DNA of 64,000 bases from a bacterium (lineage in GTDB: Bacteria > Patescibacteriota > CPR2 > UBA1875 > CAIMLA01), in NCBI GenBank assembly GCA_037129835.1, contig JBAXUE010000002.1:66334-130333 (forward strand). Reading direction: 5' to 3'. The notes beneath the pieces were generated by a model, which made no database searches, had not been told where the DNA came from, and worked only from the letters and a program-made list of their open reading frames with translations. The first letter of the stretch is position 1. Each line of letters begins with the position of its first letter. Made by a program: the position numbers and the translations under genes. Below, one piece after another: positions 9,288 through 19,711 of the stretch.

Positions 9288-10584
9288 CTTGCTTTCTTTC
9301 TTCTAGCCTTTTTTTGATCTCTAACTCTGCACCATTTGAGCTCGGTTGATAATATTTCTTGTGCTTTAATTCTGGTGGTAAATATTCTTGTTCAACGAAG
9401 TGTCCAGGATAATCATGAGGGTACTTATACCCCTTCCCTTTTCCTTGACTTTTATCAAAACCTGTTGGTGCATTTACGATATGTTTAGGCACACCGCTGA
9501 ATTTTTCTTCTCGAACATCACGAAGTGCATTATCGATAGCAAGATATGAGGCATTCGACTTTGGTGCACTGGCGAGATATATAACACATTGTGCGAGATT
9601 GATTCTTGCTTCTGGAAGGCCGATTTTTGTAACTGCATCGAAGGTGGTATTCGCAAGCACTAGTGCCATCGGTGCTGCATTGCCGATATCTTCAGAGGCA
9701 AAGACCAACATTCTGCGAGCAATAAACTTAGGATCTTCACCGCCCTCTATCATTCTTGCTAGCCAGTAGATTGCTGCGTCAGGGTCACTACCACGCATTG
9801 ATTTGATAAAAGCCGAGATAATATCGTAGTGCTCGGCGCCCTGTTTGTAACTACTGATGAATCTTTTACTAATTGCTTGTTGTAAAATATCTTGAGTAAT
9901 TTTGTTATTCAATAATTTGGAATTTGACGCGATTTCTAATGAGTTTAGGGCCACTCTTGCATCACCGCTAGAATATTCAGCCAGAGTCTCGAGTGCTTTC
10001 TTGTCTATCTTGATTCCCCTGTCCCCAAGACCGTTTGTTTTATCCTTTAGTGCAGCCTTAATAATGTTTATTATATCTATTTCTTCAAGTGGTTTTAGTT
10101 CGAATAGTTTCGACCGAGACATGATGGCAGAGTTGATTTCAAAACCTGGATTCTCGGTCGTCGCGCCTATCAAAATAATAGTACCGTTCTCAATATGAGG
10201 AAGAAAACCGTCTTGTTGAGATTTGTTAAAACGATGTATTTCGTCAACGAAAAGAACAGTTTTTTTGTCATAAAGCTCTCTGTTTTCTTTTGCTTCTTTG
10301 ACTACTCTACGGAGATCGGCTACACCGCTAGTAACTGCGCTAAATTCTTCGAAATTGCTCTTTGTTTGGTTTGCGATAATCCGTGCGAGAGTAGTTTTGC
10401 CAGTTCCCGGTGGCCCCCATAGGATTATCGAAGAGAGAGTATCATTTTCGATAATTTGTCGTAGAAGTTTCCCTTCACCGACGATGTCCTCCTGACCAAA
10501 AAAGAGATTAAAATCAGTGGGCCTCATTCTGTCAGCAAGAGGTTTGTGAGAATTATTTTTATTAAAGATATTTGGTATTTCCAT
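9280..10584 (-). CDS. rarA: Replication-associated recombination protein A (RarA/MgsA AAA+ ATPase)
   Basis: ILWGPPGTGKTTLARIIA Walker A, a VDEIHRFNKSQQD box, and an MgsA-type C-terminal helical domain. Confidence 0.9.
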   Translation of the reverse strand: MEIPNIFNKNNSHKPLADRMRPTDFNLFFGQEDIVGEGKLLRQIIENDTLSSIILWGPPGTGKTTLARIIANQTKSNFEEFSAVTSGVADLRRVVKEAKENRELYDKKTVLFVDEIHRFNKSQQDGFLPHIENGTIILIGATTENPGFEINSAIMSRSKLFELKPLEEIDIINIIKAALKDKTNGLGDRGIKIDKKALETLAEYSSGDARVALNSLEIASNSKLLNNKITQDILQQAISKRFISSYKQGAEHYDIISAFIKSMRGSDPDAAIYWLARMIEGGEDPKFIARRMLVFASEDIGNAAPMALVLANTTFDAVTKIGLPEARINLAQCVIYLASAPKSNASYLAIDNALRDVREEKFSGVPKHIVNAPTGFDKSQGKGKGYKYPHDYPGHFVEQEYLPPELKHKKYYQPSSNGAELEIKKRLEERKQDV

Positions 10585-10627
10585 AGTCTTATTCTAAGCT
10601 TAGAGTAAGCATAATTCAAGTGTACGT

Positions 10628-12157
10628 CTAGACTGTCTGTATGCCATCATGTGTTATCTCAAGTACCTTACTTGGTTTTATGGCTTCAAGAAACTCTCTG
10701 TCGTGAGTAATTACTATGTACGTTCCAGAGTATTTGTTGATAGCGGACTGAAGCTCTTCTGCGGCAGCAATATCCAAATGATTGGTTGGTTCATCAAAGA
10801 GCAGGACATTGGCTCCTTTCCACGACAAGCTAGCAAGTATCAATCTCTGTCTTTCTCCTGGGCTCATCTTTTCAGCAACTATATTATTCTTTTCATCTAG
10901 GTTAAATCTAGCGAGAACTTGTCGTAGTTTTCCTTCGGTTAAGCTTGATTTATCTGCCTCTAGTCCAGTCATGATCTTGAAATTATCTAGTAAGCTTTTA
11001 TCTGGTGCTGGAATCGATTGATCCTGGTCAATAAGGCCAAAGTGGACACTGGGACCGATGGATATATCTCCCGAAGTGGGCTTCAGTTCTTTGAGTAATA
11101 TTTTTAATAATGTAGTTTTACCTACACCATTAGCTCCCACTATCGCTATTCTATCCCCACGATTTACCTCTAGAGTCAGGGGTCCTATCTTTCGTTCTTT
11201 GCTTAGGTTTATTTCGACTTTATCTAGCTTTGCAATCGAGTCACCCAGATATTCGTGGTTATCAAACAGGAAATTTAAGTCCAACTCCTTTTGAGGCTTC
11301 GACTTATCGTCCATTCTACCGATTCGATTTCTTAAAACTTCAGTTTGACGCCCTAGTTTTCTGGTAGCAGATTCTTTCTCCCTATTGAAAGCGAGCTTAT
11401 CGTTATCCTTTTTGTTTTTTGAATTATTCGATTTTGTCGCATTTCTTTGCATTTCCCGATAAGCTTTTTCTGCTCGTTTTTTGTCTTCTAAGTAGTTCTC
11501 ATAATCAGATTTGATTTTTTCTTTTTCTAGATGTTTTTCGTTGAGGTAATCATCATAGCTCATATTGTATGTCGCCAGTCCAGTCGCGTTAGCGCTAAGT
11601 TCCAGTACTTTTGTGCTCAATTTACGGATAAAGGTTCGATCATGAGAAACAAAAATCACAGCCTTTTTGTTATTTAGTAAATACTCTTCTAAAAGTATCA
11701 GGCCTTCTTTATCGAGGTTATTTGTAGGCTCGTCGAGTAAGAGAATGTCACTACCCGCAAGCATAATAGTAGCCAGAAGAAGCTTCGTTTTTTCTCCCCC
11801 AGAAAGTGTGCCAACCTCTCTATCTAGAGATATCTCTCTAATTCCGGTCGAATCAAATACCTTTAATCTTTGAAACTCTTCGATATCCCCTATTCTTAGC
11901 TTTAGATATTCAAGAACGCTGCCCTTATAATTTGCCGGTATTTCCTGGGGGAAATAGCAGATACTTTGTTCTTTATCTTTCACTATTTCTCCCGAGTTTG
12001 CTTCTAATTCACCGGCAATTATCCGCAAGAGAGTACTTTTACCGACCCCGTTTTCACCTATTAGGGCGACCTTTTCACCCAAATCCAAAGTAAGAGAAAT
12101 ATTATTTAGTATTTCTCGACCTGCTATATTATAGTAAATATTATTTATTTTAATCAT
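10628..12157 (-). CDS. ABC-F family translation-associated ATPase (two tandem ABC domains, no TM)
   Basis: Two Walker A sites (GENGVGKST, GANGVGKTT), two signature motifs (LSGGEKTKL, MSPGERQRL), and a charged inter-domain linker. Confidence 0.85.
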   Translation of the reverse strand: MIKINNIYYNIAGREILNNISLTLDLGEKVALIGENGVGKSTLLRIIAGELEANSGEIVKDKEQSICYFPQEIPANYKGSVLEYLKLRIGDIEEFQRLKVFDSTGIREISLDREVGTLSGGEKTKLLLATIMLAGSDILLLDEPTNNLDKEGLILLEEYLLNNKKAVIFVSHDRTFIRKLSTKVLELSANATGLATYNMSYDDYLNEKHLEKEKIKSDYENYLEDKKRAEKAYREMQRNATKSNNSKNKKDNDKLAFNREKESATRKLGRQTEVLRNRIGRMDDKSKPQKELDLNFLFDNHEYLGDSIAKLDKVEINLSKERKIGPLTLEVNRGDRIAIVGANGVGKTTLLKILLKELKPTSGDISIGPSVHFGLIDQDQSIPAPDKSLLDNFKIMTGLEADKSSLTEGKLRQVLARFNLDEKNNIVAEKMSPGERQRLILASLSWKGANVLLFDEPTNHLDIAAAEELQSAINKYSGTYIVITHDREFLEAIKPSKVLEITHDGIQTV

Positions 12158-12193
12158 TTTGTGGCCTTATTCTAGGCCAAACACGGCTTATAT

Positions 12194-13444
12194 TCAAGTA
12201 GGTATCAGGGTGTTTTCTCGAAGCAACTTATCTAGTTCCCTTGCTTCATCGCTGACCTTTAAGGACATTTCATTATATCCTAGCAAGCTTAAGCCATCGA
12301 GTTCACGAATACGAGAGAGCGCGACATATCCAAGTCCATATGTAAATGCTCGGCTGAGGTCTATTTCGGCATAATCAAGAGTCATTCCTTGGCTTTTGTG
12401 TATTGTTATCGCCCATGCAAGCCGTAGCGGAATTTGTTCGATCCAGCCATCGAAGTCGATTTCTTCTATTCCCCAACGGATCGGCATCGCGATTATTTTG
12501 TTGCCCTTAAATGTTTCTACTATTGGATTGTTGGTTTCTAAATCGAAACCGATTATTGTACCCGTGGTGCCATTTACGTATCCTTTGGCAAGATTATTAA
12601 ATACGAACATTACAACGGCGCCGATCTTTAGCTTTAGTTTCTCGGGTGCGAGACAACCTTTTTTCATTTGGCCGACGATAAAGTCATCACCGCTCGACGA
12701 CATCAGATAGACTCTTTCGGCTTCATCTATCACTGCTAATCTCTGGAGATTATAGTCATCGACATTAGAATTGTGGGTAAAAAGCTTGGTGGGTATTATT
12801 CCTTCATCGAAGCCACAGTTTATTCTAGAGCTTAGTAGCTCGCAGGATTCTTCTGTCACTCTAGATTCTCTGATCTCGTTTAGAAGCCTATAAAGGTCGT
12901 TATTGTCGCTCTGTCTGTATTGTTTCTCGAGATAACATATCTGGAGGTCCATCTGTTGCCAGGCAGTGGATTTATTAACAAAATCACCACTAGATTTACC
13001 TTTCGCAACCGGAGGCAATTGGAAAAAATCTCCACAAAGCACTACTTGCAAGCCACCAAATGGCCCTAGATCCGTTCTTACTCTACGGCAAATCTCATCT
13101 ATCATGTCTAGTTGATGGGCGTGTAGCATCGATACTTCGTCTATTATCAGAACTTTTGCTTCTTGGATTCTTTTTACTGTAGATTTGTTACGACTAAAAA
13201 GCTTTTTGATATCTGCGCTAGTTATATTGTCCTTGATCCCTATCCCCGACCAAGAGTGGATGGTCACCCCGTTTAGATGTGTCGCAGCAATGCCAGTAGA
13301 GGCGGTAATGCCAACAGCAATATCGTTTTTATTTAAATACTGAATAAACTGGTTTAGTAGAAATGTTTTTCCAGTTCCTGCTTGGCCAGTTATCAGAGCA
13401 TTTTTGCCGCTTACTAATATTTCAAAAGCTTCTTCTTGGGTCAT
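12194..13444 (-). CDS. Pif1/RecD-like SF1B DNA helicase (compact 416 aa)
   Basis: GQAGTGKTFL (motif I), LIIDEVSML (motif II), and a C-terminal ITIHKSQGMT box typical of RecD/Pif1/TraA helicases. Confidence 0.75.
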   Translation of the reverse strand: MTQEEAFEILVSGKNALITGQAGTGKTFLLNQFIQYLNKNDIAVGITASTGIAATHLNGVTIHSWSGIGIKDNITSADIKKLFSRNKSTVKRIQEAKVLIIDEVSMLHAHQLDMIDEICRRVRTDLGPFGGLQVVLCGDFFQLPPVAKGKSSGDFVNKSTAWQQMDLQICYLEKQYRQSDNNDLYRLLNEIRESRVTEESCELLSSRINCGFDEGIIPTKLFTHNSNVDDYNLQRLAVIDEAERVYLMSSSGDDFIVGQMKKGCLAPEKLKLKIGAVVMFVFNNLAKGYVNGTTGTIIGFDLETNNPIVETFKGNKIIAMPIRWGIEEIDFDGWIEQIPLRLAWAITIHKSQGMTLDYAEIDLSRAFTYGLGYVALSRIRELDGLSLLGYNEMSLKVSDEARELDKLLRENTLIPT

Positions 13445-13552
13445 TTATGTATTATCCCGTTTATTGGGAATATATTCCAGTAGACAGTCCATATATTTTG
13501 AGTACGAGTGTGTTTTTATAGATGAAGGGTTAAGGTTATTGAAAATTATGAC

Positions 13553-14188
13553 CTAAATATTTTTTAATGTCTTGACCGCCCTGTTTGTTTGTTCAATAAA
13601 ATCACCTTTGTATTCTATGATACGGAGGTTATATTTGTTTGTTTCTTTTGTAATTTTATCAGAATATTGGCTGAGCATATTGGCAATTTTGGGATAAATT
13701 TTGTTATTTTTTGATTTATTTTTCACCCAGCATGACTCACTTTGATCTAGTAGTATATTATTGATAAAATCTTCAGATTTTTGTTTCGTCACTATTACTG
13801 CCTTTATCTTTTTTTCGCCGTACTGGTCTATCATCTCTTTTATAAATTTCGGCGCCAGGTGATATCCTTCTATTATGATATTGTGTCCGTCTCCCAGGGT
13901 ATACGCTATTAGCCCCCCGATTGCAGGTTGTGTAATTGCTCCTTGAGCGGTGTAGGCACGGATAATGTCTGTTGCAGAGTTATTGTTATACATTTCTTCA
14001 TTTGATGATGTATTCTCTCTAATTGTATCGATGGGAAATAGCCTCGCAATATCAGCTTTATCAATATAAGGCTTTACCATACCCTCGATAGTGTCTGTGG
14101 AGACCCACGGGATGCCAGTATCTATGGACAGTTTATTTGCGACCGTTGTTTTCCCACATCTTGGCGGCCCGCCTATAAGATATATCAT
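13553..14188 (-). CDS. P-loop NTPase / small-molecule kinase family protein
   Basis: N-terminal IYLIGGPPRCGKTT Walker A. Size and layout resemble a nucleotide-kinase or AAA_33-like protein. Substrate unknown. Confidence 0.5.
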   Translation of the reverse strand: MIYLIGGPPRCGKTTVANKLSIDTGIPWVSTDTIEGMVKPYIDKADIARLFPIDTIRENTSSNEEMYNNNSATDIIRAYTAQGAITQPAIGGLIAYTLGDGHNIIIEGYHLAPKFIKEMIDQYGEKKIKAVIVTKQKSEDFINNILLDQSESCWVKNKSKNNKIYPKIANMLSQYSDKITKETNKYNLRIIEYKGDFIEQTNRAVKTLKNI

Positions 14189-14220
14189 ATATTACCTCAA
14201 AATTATTTTGTTCTTTAAGC

Positions 14221-15708
14221 TCATTGAATTTTTCCGAGAAATTCCCATATCTTGACCATCGCTAGTGTGTCGAGTCCACAGTAGTCCCAGAGGTCTTTTA
14301 GAATTTTCTCTTTTTCGTCTGGATTATTACCATCGAGGACCGCTCCCATCCACAGTCTTTGGGCAGCCAGTCCTTCGGATATTTCTAGGTCTTTGTGTGA
14401 AAGCTCGGGAATAAGTACAGGTAGAACGTGTTTTATTGAAGCACTACCGCCAAATCTAGCGTCCACGTAGTCAAACTCTATAAATGGAGTGATTAGATCG
14501 ATGATTCTCTCATTCAGATTATGATAAAAGGTATGAAACTCGGGCAACATCTCTCCCATATCCCGATTACATCCCTTTTCGAAATCTTCCCACCAGACTA
14601 GTACACTGCCTTTTTTGCCAATATTTTCTGCAAGAGATTGTGATAGTGGTAATACTGGATTGCTATTGTCCTTGTGTAGATATTCGAGATGTCTTACTTC
14701 TGCCCCAGGGCTATCTATAATATGTAGTGAATATTGGAAAGGCACTTGTTGAAACGGTTTATGACCGTCAAAATACGGTATCACACTGCTCATAGTCTCA
14801 TAGTCAAGAAAATATATAGGATACTCTATTGTTGCCAAGAATTGTTTAATATTTTCTTTATTAATAAGCGCTTTATTCTGTTTTAGGGCCTTTATTTGCC
14901 ATCCTTGTTTATCAGAGAGACCAGCGAAATCTTCTGGAACCTCGGCAATCTTCGTGTAACCAGCTTTTTCTAGCTTTCCTATCAGGGTCGCGCTAGGATT
15001 ATAGATATCATAGATACTGCCATCACCGCTTTTTATCCCTGCTAGTAGTTTGTATATTTCTATCCAGTCAGAAGTAGCCGAAAGACCACAGTGTGCAGGT
15101 GAAATATCTGGCATTTTATCTAGCTTGGCAGTTCTAAGAGCTTCTGCGATATTTTCTCTGGCCGCAGGTATTCGTTTTTTTACGGCATCGGTAATATCTG
15201 TGACCGTAGTAATGTCCTCGGGTTTTATTTCTCCTTGTCGAACGAAGTCTTTGTTCACATGAGCTACCATAATGTTGCGTACATGGTATCCCGAGTCCTC
15301 GATCACTATTGTCTGAAATGCCAGATCATGTTCGTGATATACTCGTGGTCCCGTGGAAGATTTGATTTCATATAGATCAATCATATTCTCGTCAACAAAC
15401 TGGATTACGTCAAAAATACAGGTTAGCTCCCCTGCTTCGAAACGACCTTGGAATATAGTTTTAGCGCCAGATTCGATTACCAGTTTTGTTCTACCCGGTA
15501 GAGATAGATACTCTTTGTAGCCGTCCCAGTTTAGCTTCACACCATCTGGAAAAAGCTTCTCGGCGTAGGTTTCAAAACGAAAACCCGCTGCGAATATCGC
15601 TTGAGTAGCCGCGTCGTATGGCGGCAGTTTCTTGGGCTCATTCTTTTTGAGCCAAAGCCAAGCAGGGTGTTTTAAATATAATAAATAATCAGATTTGGAT
15701 AATTGCAT
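14221..15708 (-). CDS. PD-(D/E)xK (RecB/Cas4-like) nuclease domain protein with DUF2779-like C-terminal region
   Basis: N-terminal RecB-like fold. D…DVIQFVDEN…DLYEIK fits the D-(E/D)xK catalytic motif. Large C-terminal domain of unknown function. Confidence 0.55.
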   Translation of the reverse strand: MQLSKSDYLLYLKHPAWLWLKKNEPKKLPPYDAATQAIFAAGFRFETYAEKLFPDGVKLNWDGYKEYLSLPGRTKLVIESGAKTIFQGRFEAGELTCIFDVIQFVDENMIDLYEIKSSTGPRVYHEHDLAFQTIVIEDSGYHVRNIMVAHVNKDFVRQGEIKPEDITTVTDITDAVKKRIPAARENIAEALRTAKLDKMPDISPAHCGLSATSDWIEIYKLLAGIKSGDGSIYDIYNPSATLIGKLEKAGYTKIAEVPEDFAGLSDKQGWQIKALKQNKALINKENIKQFLATIEYPIYFLDYETMSSVIPYFDGHKPFQQVPFQYSLHIIDSPGAEVRHLEYLHKDNSNPVLPLSQSLAENIGKKGSVLVWWEDFEKGCNRDMGEMLPEFHTFYHNLNERIIDLITPFIEFDYVDARFGGSASIKHVLPVLIPELSHKDLEISEGLAAQRLWMGAVLDGNNPDEKEKILKDLWDYCGLDTLAMVKIWEFLGKIQ

Positions 15709-15718
15709 ACTCGCCTAT

Positions 15719-15997
15719 CTAGTTGGTAAAGCCAACGTGCTTGGTATTTTCTTCTGCTTGCTCTATCTTAACTCCAAAACCGCTTTCATACTGTTCTATA
15801 TTGGTTTTGAGTGCCTCGTAGAGCCTTTTGGTGTGTCCTGGTGACATTATTATCCTTGAGAGCAACATTCCTTGGTTCTGGAAGATATTAATGAAATCTA
15901 GGGTAAATTCTTCTCTAGTATGTCCGATCATCGCGACATTGGCATAGTTTCCCTTCAGGGTGGCGTCATCGGCTTTTATTTGTACTTGTTGTTCCAT
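15719..15997 (-). CDS. DUF3467 family small protein
   Basis: 92 aa. The pattern GNYANVAMIGHTREEFTLDFINI…SRIIMSPGHTKRLYEALKTNIEQYE matches my recollection of the DUF3467 consensus. Confidence 0.55.
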   Translation of the reverse strand: MEQQVQIKADDATLKGNYANVAMIGHTREEFTLDFINIFQNQGMLLSRIIMSPGHTKRLYEALKTNIEQYESGFGVKIEQAEENTKHVGFTN

Positions 15998-16017
15998 AGT
16001 GTCTCCTTTTCTCTCTT

Positions 16018-16103
16018 CGTCATTCTGAACCGAGTGAAGAATCTAGGATTGTATCTGGATTCCTGCTTACCGCAGGCAAGCTTCTTTCCGACTCAGGATG
16101 ACG
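16018..16103. repeat. 86-bp GC-rich MITE/REP-like element (GTCATCC family) with imperfect terminal inverted repeats
   Basis: The ends CGTCATTCTGAACCGAGTG and, reverse-complemented, CGTCATCCTGAGTCGGAAA are inverted repeats. An internal CCTGCGGTAAGCAGG hairpin is present. 45 of 48 nt are identical to the copy at 19816-19863 in opposite orientation. Confidence 0.65.
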
Positions 16104-16122
16104 ATTTGGGGGTGTTAAATTA

Positions 16123-18852
16123 TTATTTTGATACTAATTTCTCTGCTACTAGTTGGGTTATTCTCTTTGGAGGTTTATTTCTAGCTTTAAATGTTTCTTG
16201 AACCAAAAGATAGAATAAAGCGATAAATATTGCTATTGCCCAGGCAGAGAAGTTAAGCGGTGCCATGCCAGCGAATTTCTGGAGAAAAGGAACGTAAATT
16301 AATAAATTTACAAACATAAAAGACACGGCCAGTCCTATCCAGACTCTTTGTGAACCAAGTAGTTTCCATACTGGTTTTCTGGCTGACCGTATAGAAAAAG
16401 CGTTGGCATATTGGCACAGGGCCATGGTGGCATAAGTGACAGTAGTGGCCGCAATATATGTTTCGTTATTCGGAAAAGCACTCCCCCAACGCCAACCATT
16501 TAGATATCCATATATGCAAAATCCCGCCACCGAAAAAACACCCAGCATTATACCACTCCTTACGATGTAGTAGATAGTATCTGTACCAAAGAGGATATCC
16601 TTTTTGTCTCTTGGCGGTTTTGACATCACATCATCCTCTTCTATATCGCCTGCAAGTGCGAGAGCCGGAAAAGCCTCTGCGCAGAGGTCGATTAATAGTA
16701 TTTGGATAACAAAAATCGGAGGCAAGCCGATAACTAGCCCAAAAACAACAGCAGTGAACTCCGCCATATTTGCAGTAAAGACATATTTTGTTGCTTTTTT
16801 GATATTGTCATAGACGATTCTGCCCTCTTTTACCGCCCAAACAATAGAAGAAAAACTGTCGTTCAGCGAAACCATTTCTGCAGCTTCTTTGGTAACATCT
16901 GTTCCTGTCAGCCCCATCGCTACGCCAATATCCGAGGTCTTTAGAGCCGGAGCGTCATTGACGCCATCGCCTGTGACCGAGACGATATTTCCATGTGCTT
17001 GTAGTACTTTCACTAGCCGCAGCTTGTGGATTGGGTCTACCCGAGAGAATATTACATCTCCAGTTTCGATAATCTGATATAGTTCATCGTCTTTCAATTG
17101 ATTTAGTTCATTACCGTCGATGACGCGCGGATCTATGTTCAGCTTGATTCTCTTACCTACGGCTGCTGCTGTCAGGCCATAGTCGCCAGTCGCCATTATT
17201 ATCTTTATTCCAGCTTCTTTAGCGATTCTGACAGTTTCTGCTACATCTTCTCTTGGTGGATCGATAATACCAAGAAGTCCTAAGAAAATCAGGTCAGAAT
17301 CGATTGTACTGCCATCCATAGGCTTATAGGCAGAGGCTATTACTCTCAGCGCATCCTTGGAATATTCGTCATTTGTTTTTTCGATATCTTTTCTATCAGC
17401 TGTAGTTAGTTCGACTGCTTTGCCACCCTTAAGTATTTTTGTACATTTTTGTAAGATAACCGCAGGCGCCCCTTTGACGTATACCGTCTTTTCACCTTTG
17501 TAGTCGACTGCCTTGGCCATGAATTTTCGTTCTGAAGTAAAGGGTATTTCCTCTACACTTTTCGCTTCCCTCTGCATCGTATAAGTATCTAGTCCTGCCT
17601 TTTCTGCTGCCACAAGCAGAGCGATCTCGGTTGAGTCACCGATATAATCTGGTTTGTGATGATTTTTTGTATCGACTTCGGCATTATTGGAAATAGTTAC
17701 AGCTTGAAACAATATATTAGTTTCATCCAGACAGCTTCTGTTGCACAGTTTTCCTTCACGGGTGATTTCCCCGTCGAGACTATATCCCACGCCCTTTATA
17801 TGATAATTTTCGTTATTAAAGTAAATCTCTTTTACGGTCATCTGGTTCTTGGTTAGGGTGCCTGTTTTGTCAGTAATGATGTAGTTTGCCTCACCTAGGG
17901 TTTCCACTGCCGAAAGTCTGCGGATAGCAGCCTTTCTTCTGGTCATTTTTTGGATGCCGATCGCAAGTGCGATAGACACCGTGGCTGGTAAACCCTCAGG
18001 GACAAGAGAAGATGCTACTCCGATGGCAAAACGAAAAGATTCTAGTGCGTCAAAGTGACCCTTTGCTACTGTATCGACTACGAGCAGGATGAGAACGACC
18101 CAGAAGGTTGCTTTGGCTACAGTCTTGGCAATCCGGTCTATCTCTATTTGTAGCGGTGATTTTGATACCTTTTGGGTCGAGGTTATTTTGGCAATTTTAC
18201 CAAAGCTAGTTTCCATTCCGGTGGATACCACCACACCGATACCGTTACCAGAGATTACGTCAGTTCCCATAAATACAGAGCCTGTTACATCGACTACGTT
18301 TCTCTCGTTCTCCTCTGTTACCATCGCTACTTTGGATTGTGTTTCAGATTCTCCTGTAAGTGCTGCATCATTCGTTTCTAACTCATTTGCAGATATTAGC
18401 CGGATGTCTGCTGGTATCTTCATTCCCTCGGAAAGAACAATAATGTCACCGGGTACGATATCCATGGCGTCGATAGTCTGGCGGTCATTGTCTCTGATAA
18501 CGGTTGCAGACTGAGCGACAAATTTCTTAAGAGCGTCTATCGCTTTATCAGCTTTGTATTCTTGGAAAAAACCAATAGTGCTATTGGCAATCACAACTAA
18601 AAAGATGACAATTGCATCTTTAGGTGCTCCTAGAATATATGCGAGACCGGCGGCCGTCAGAAGAACTATCGCTAGAAGGTCAGTGAATTGGACAAGAAAT
18701 TTGACTATATATGGAGTTCGTTTTTGCTGTACTAGCTTATTGTGGCCGTATTTATTGAGACGCGTTGTAACTTCTGCGCTCGAAAGACCTTTGTCAGTCG
18801 TCTTTAGAGTATCTAATACTTTAGTAATATCGTCATAGAGCAATGAATTCAT
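16123..18852 (-). CDS. P-type cation-transporting ATPase (P2-type, Ca2+/Mg2+-like)
   Basis: Cation_ATPase_N-like start, phosphorylation site DKTGTLT, hinge GDGVNDAPAL, and about 10 TM helices. Confidence 0.9.
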   Translation of the reverse strand: MNSLLYDDITKVLDTLKTTDKGLSSAEVTTRLNKYGHNKLVQQKRTPYIVKFLVQFTDLLAIVLLTAAGLAYILGAPKDAIVIFLVVIANSTIGFFQEYKADKAIDALKKFVAQSATVIRDNDRQTIDAMDIVPGDIIVLSEGMKIPADIRLISANELETNDAALTGESETQSKVAMVTEENERNVVDVTGSVFMGTDVISGNGIGVVVSTGMETSFGKIAKITSTQKVSKSPLQIEIDRIAKTVAKATFWVVLILLVVDTVAKGHFDALESFRFAIGVASSLVPEGLPATVSIALAIGIQKMTRRKAAIRRLSAVETLGEANYIITDKTGTLTKNQMTVKEIYFNNENYHIKGVGYSLDGEITREGKLCNRSCLDETNILFQAVTISNNAEVDTKNHHKPDYIGDSTEIALLVAAEKAGLDTYTMQREAKSVEEIPFTSERKFMAKAVDYKGEKTVYVKGAPAVILQKCTKILKGGKAVELTTADRKDIEKTNDEYSKDALRVIASAYKPMDGSTIDSDLIFLGLLGIIDPPREDVAETVRIAKEAGIKIIMATGDYGLTAAAVGKRIKLNIDPRVIDGNELNQLKDDELYQIIETGDVIFSRVDPIHKLRLVKVLQAHGNIVSVTGDGVNDAPALKTSDIGVAMGLTGTDVTKEAAEMVSLNDSFSSIVWAVKEGRIVYDNIKKATKYVFTANMAEFTAVVFGLVIGLPPIFVIQILLIDLCAEAFPALALAGDIEEDDVMSKPPRDKKDILFGTDTIYYIVRSGIMLGVFSVAGFCIYGYLNGWRWGSAFPNNETYIAATTVTYATMALCQYANAFSIRSARKPVWKLLGSQRVWIGLAVSFMFVNLLIYVPFLQKFAGMAPLNFSAWAIAIFIALFYLLVQETFKARNKPPKRITQLVAEKLVSK

Positions 18853-18967
18853 AAATATATTTTATGCTATATATAGATAATAATGAAGAGAAATAAATAC
18901 AAATGGAGAAGGTCCGCGCCGGGAAGACGCTTTATATAGCTACCTTCTCGTTGCGGACCTCTTGGAC

Positions 18968-19342
18968 CTAGTCTTCGACCTCATCGATCCCGAGCATCGC
19001 TCTCGCGACTTCGATATCGGGTGCCAGGTCGAAGTTGTTGGTGTACTTCACCAACTTCTTAGAGACCTTCTCGTCCTCGGGGACTACGATCACAAACGGA
19101 ATGTGATCATTCATCAGGTACCGACCAAAGCTGTAGATACGGCCGATAGCCGCGCTACAAAGCTTGGTGACCATTGCGAGGTCGAGAATGACTCCGGCCT
19201 TGCGGGCCTTTATCAGAGTCTTGTCGAACTCGAGTCGGAGAACCGGCTCGACACTGTCGTCGAGATTTCCTCCGAGCTTCAGGATCACGGCCTTGTGGCC
19301 GTTACCTGCTTCGAACTTTTCGATACTGTGTACACAATGCAT
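18968..19342 (-). CDS. STAS domain protein (anti-sigma-factor antagonist SpoIIAA-like) in GC-rich module
   Basis: AVILKLGGNLD…GVILDLAMVTKLCSAAIGRI matches the STAS pattern v.l.G.LD…viDls.v.fiDSsGlg.l. Strong SD GAGGGGGA 4 nt upstream. Coding GC is visibly higher than in neighbouring genes. Confidence 0.55.
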   Translation of the reverse strand: MHCVHSIEKFEAGNGHKAVILKLGGNLDDSVEPVLRLEFDKTLIKARKAGVILDLAMVTKLCSAAIGRIYSFGRYLMNDHIPFVIVVPEDEKVSKKLVKYTNNFDLAPDIEVARAMLGIDEVED

Positions 19343-19351
19343 ATATCCCCC

Positions 19352-19666
19352 TCAGTCGGTTTCTAGTATTGCCGGGTTTTCGGAAAAGAACCATGAACCC
19401 CACAGCTCTCTCTTGACACCTACTTGCAGCGAATGTACCCACATTCCCCCTATGGGGATTTCGAAAGAGGGAAAGAAATCGAGTTCGATCTCTCCCTGCC
19501 AAACCACTTTCTCACGGTCAACGATATCGTAGATGACAAGTGAGTCACCGGTCTGGAGCAAGTGCAGGCCATCATAGCCGCCTTGCCTTCCTTCTTCTTC
19601 GAAGGCCCAGAAACCTCCTTCGGTTCCGGTCTCGAAGTAGAAATGTAACGTACCCACAAGTTTCAT
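19352..19666 (-). CDS. Hypothetical 105-aa protein (GC-rich), first gene of STAS two-gene module
   Basis: Start re-assigned to MKLVG, which has SD GGAGGTG 6 nt upstream. The longer ORF prefix overlaps repeat elements. No recognisable motif. Stop lies 9 nt before the STAS gene. Confidence 0.45.
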   Translation of the reverse strand: MKLVGTLHFYFETGTEGGFWAFEEEGRQGGYDGLHLLQTGDSLVIYDIVDREKVVWQGEIELDFFPSFEIPIGGMWVHSLQVGVKRELWGSWFFSENPAILETD

Positions 19667-19711
19667 GTGGCTCACCTCCCAAACGATGTTATCGTGATTG
19701 AGACAAAGAGG

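Noticed and set aside
15920-16201. 93-aa + strand ORF, and similarly the 19672-19869 ORF on the - strand, both containing …CLPQASF…TQDD…
   Set aside because: Both are translations of the GTCATCC-family repeat element rather than genes; they overlap the repeats exactly and have no SD.
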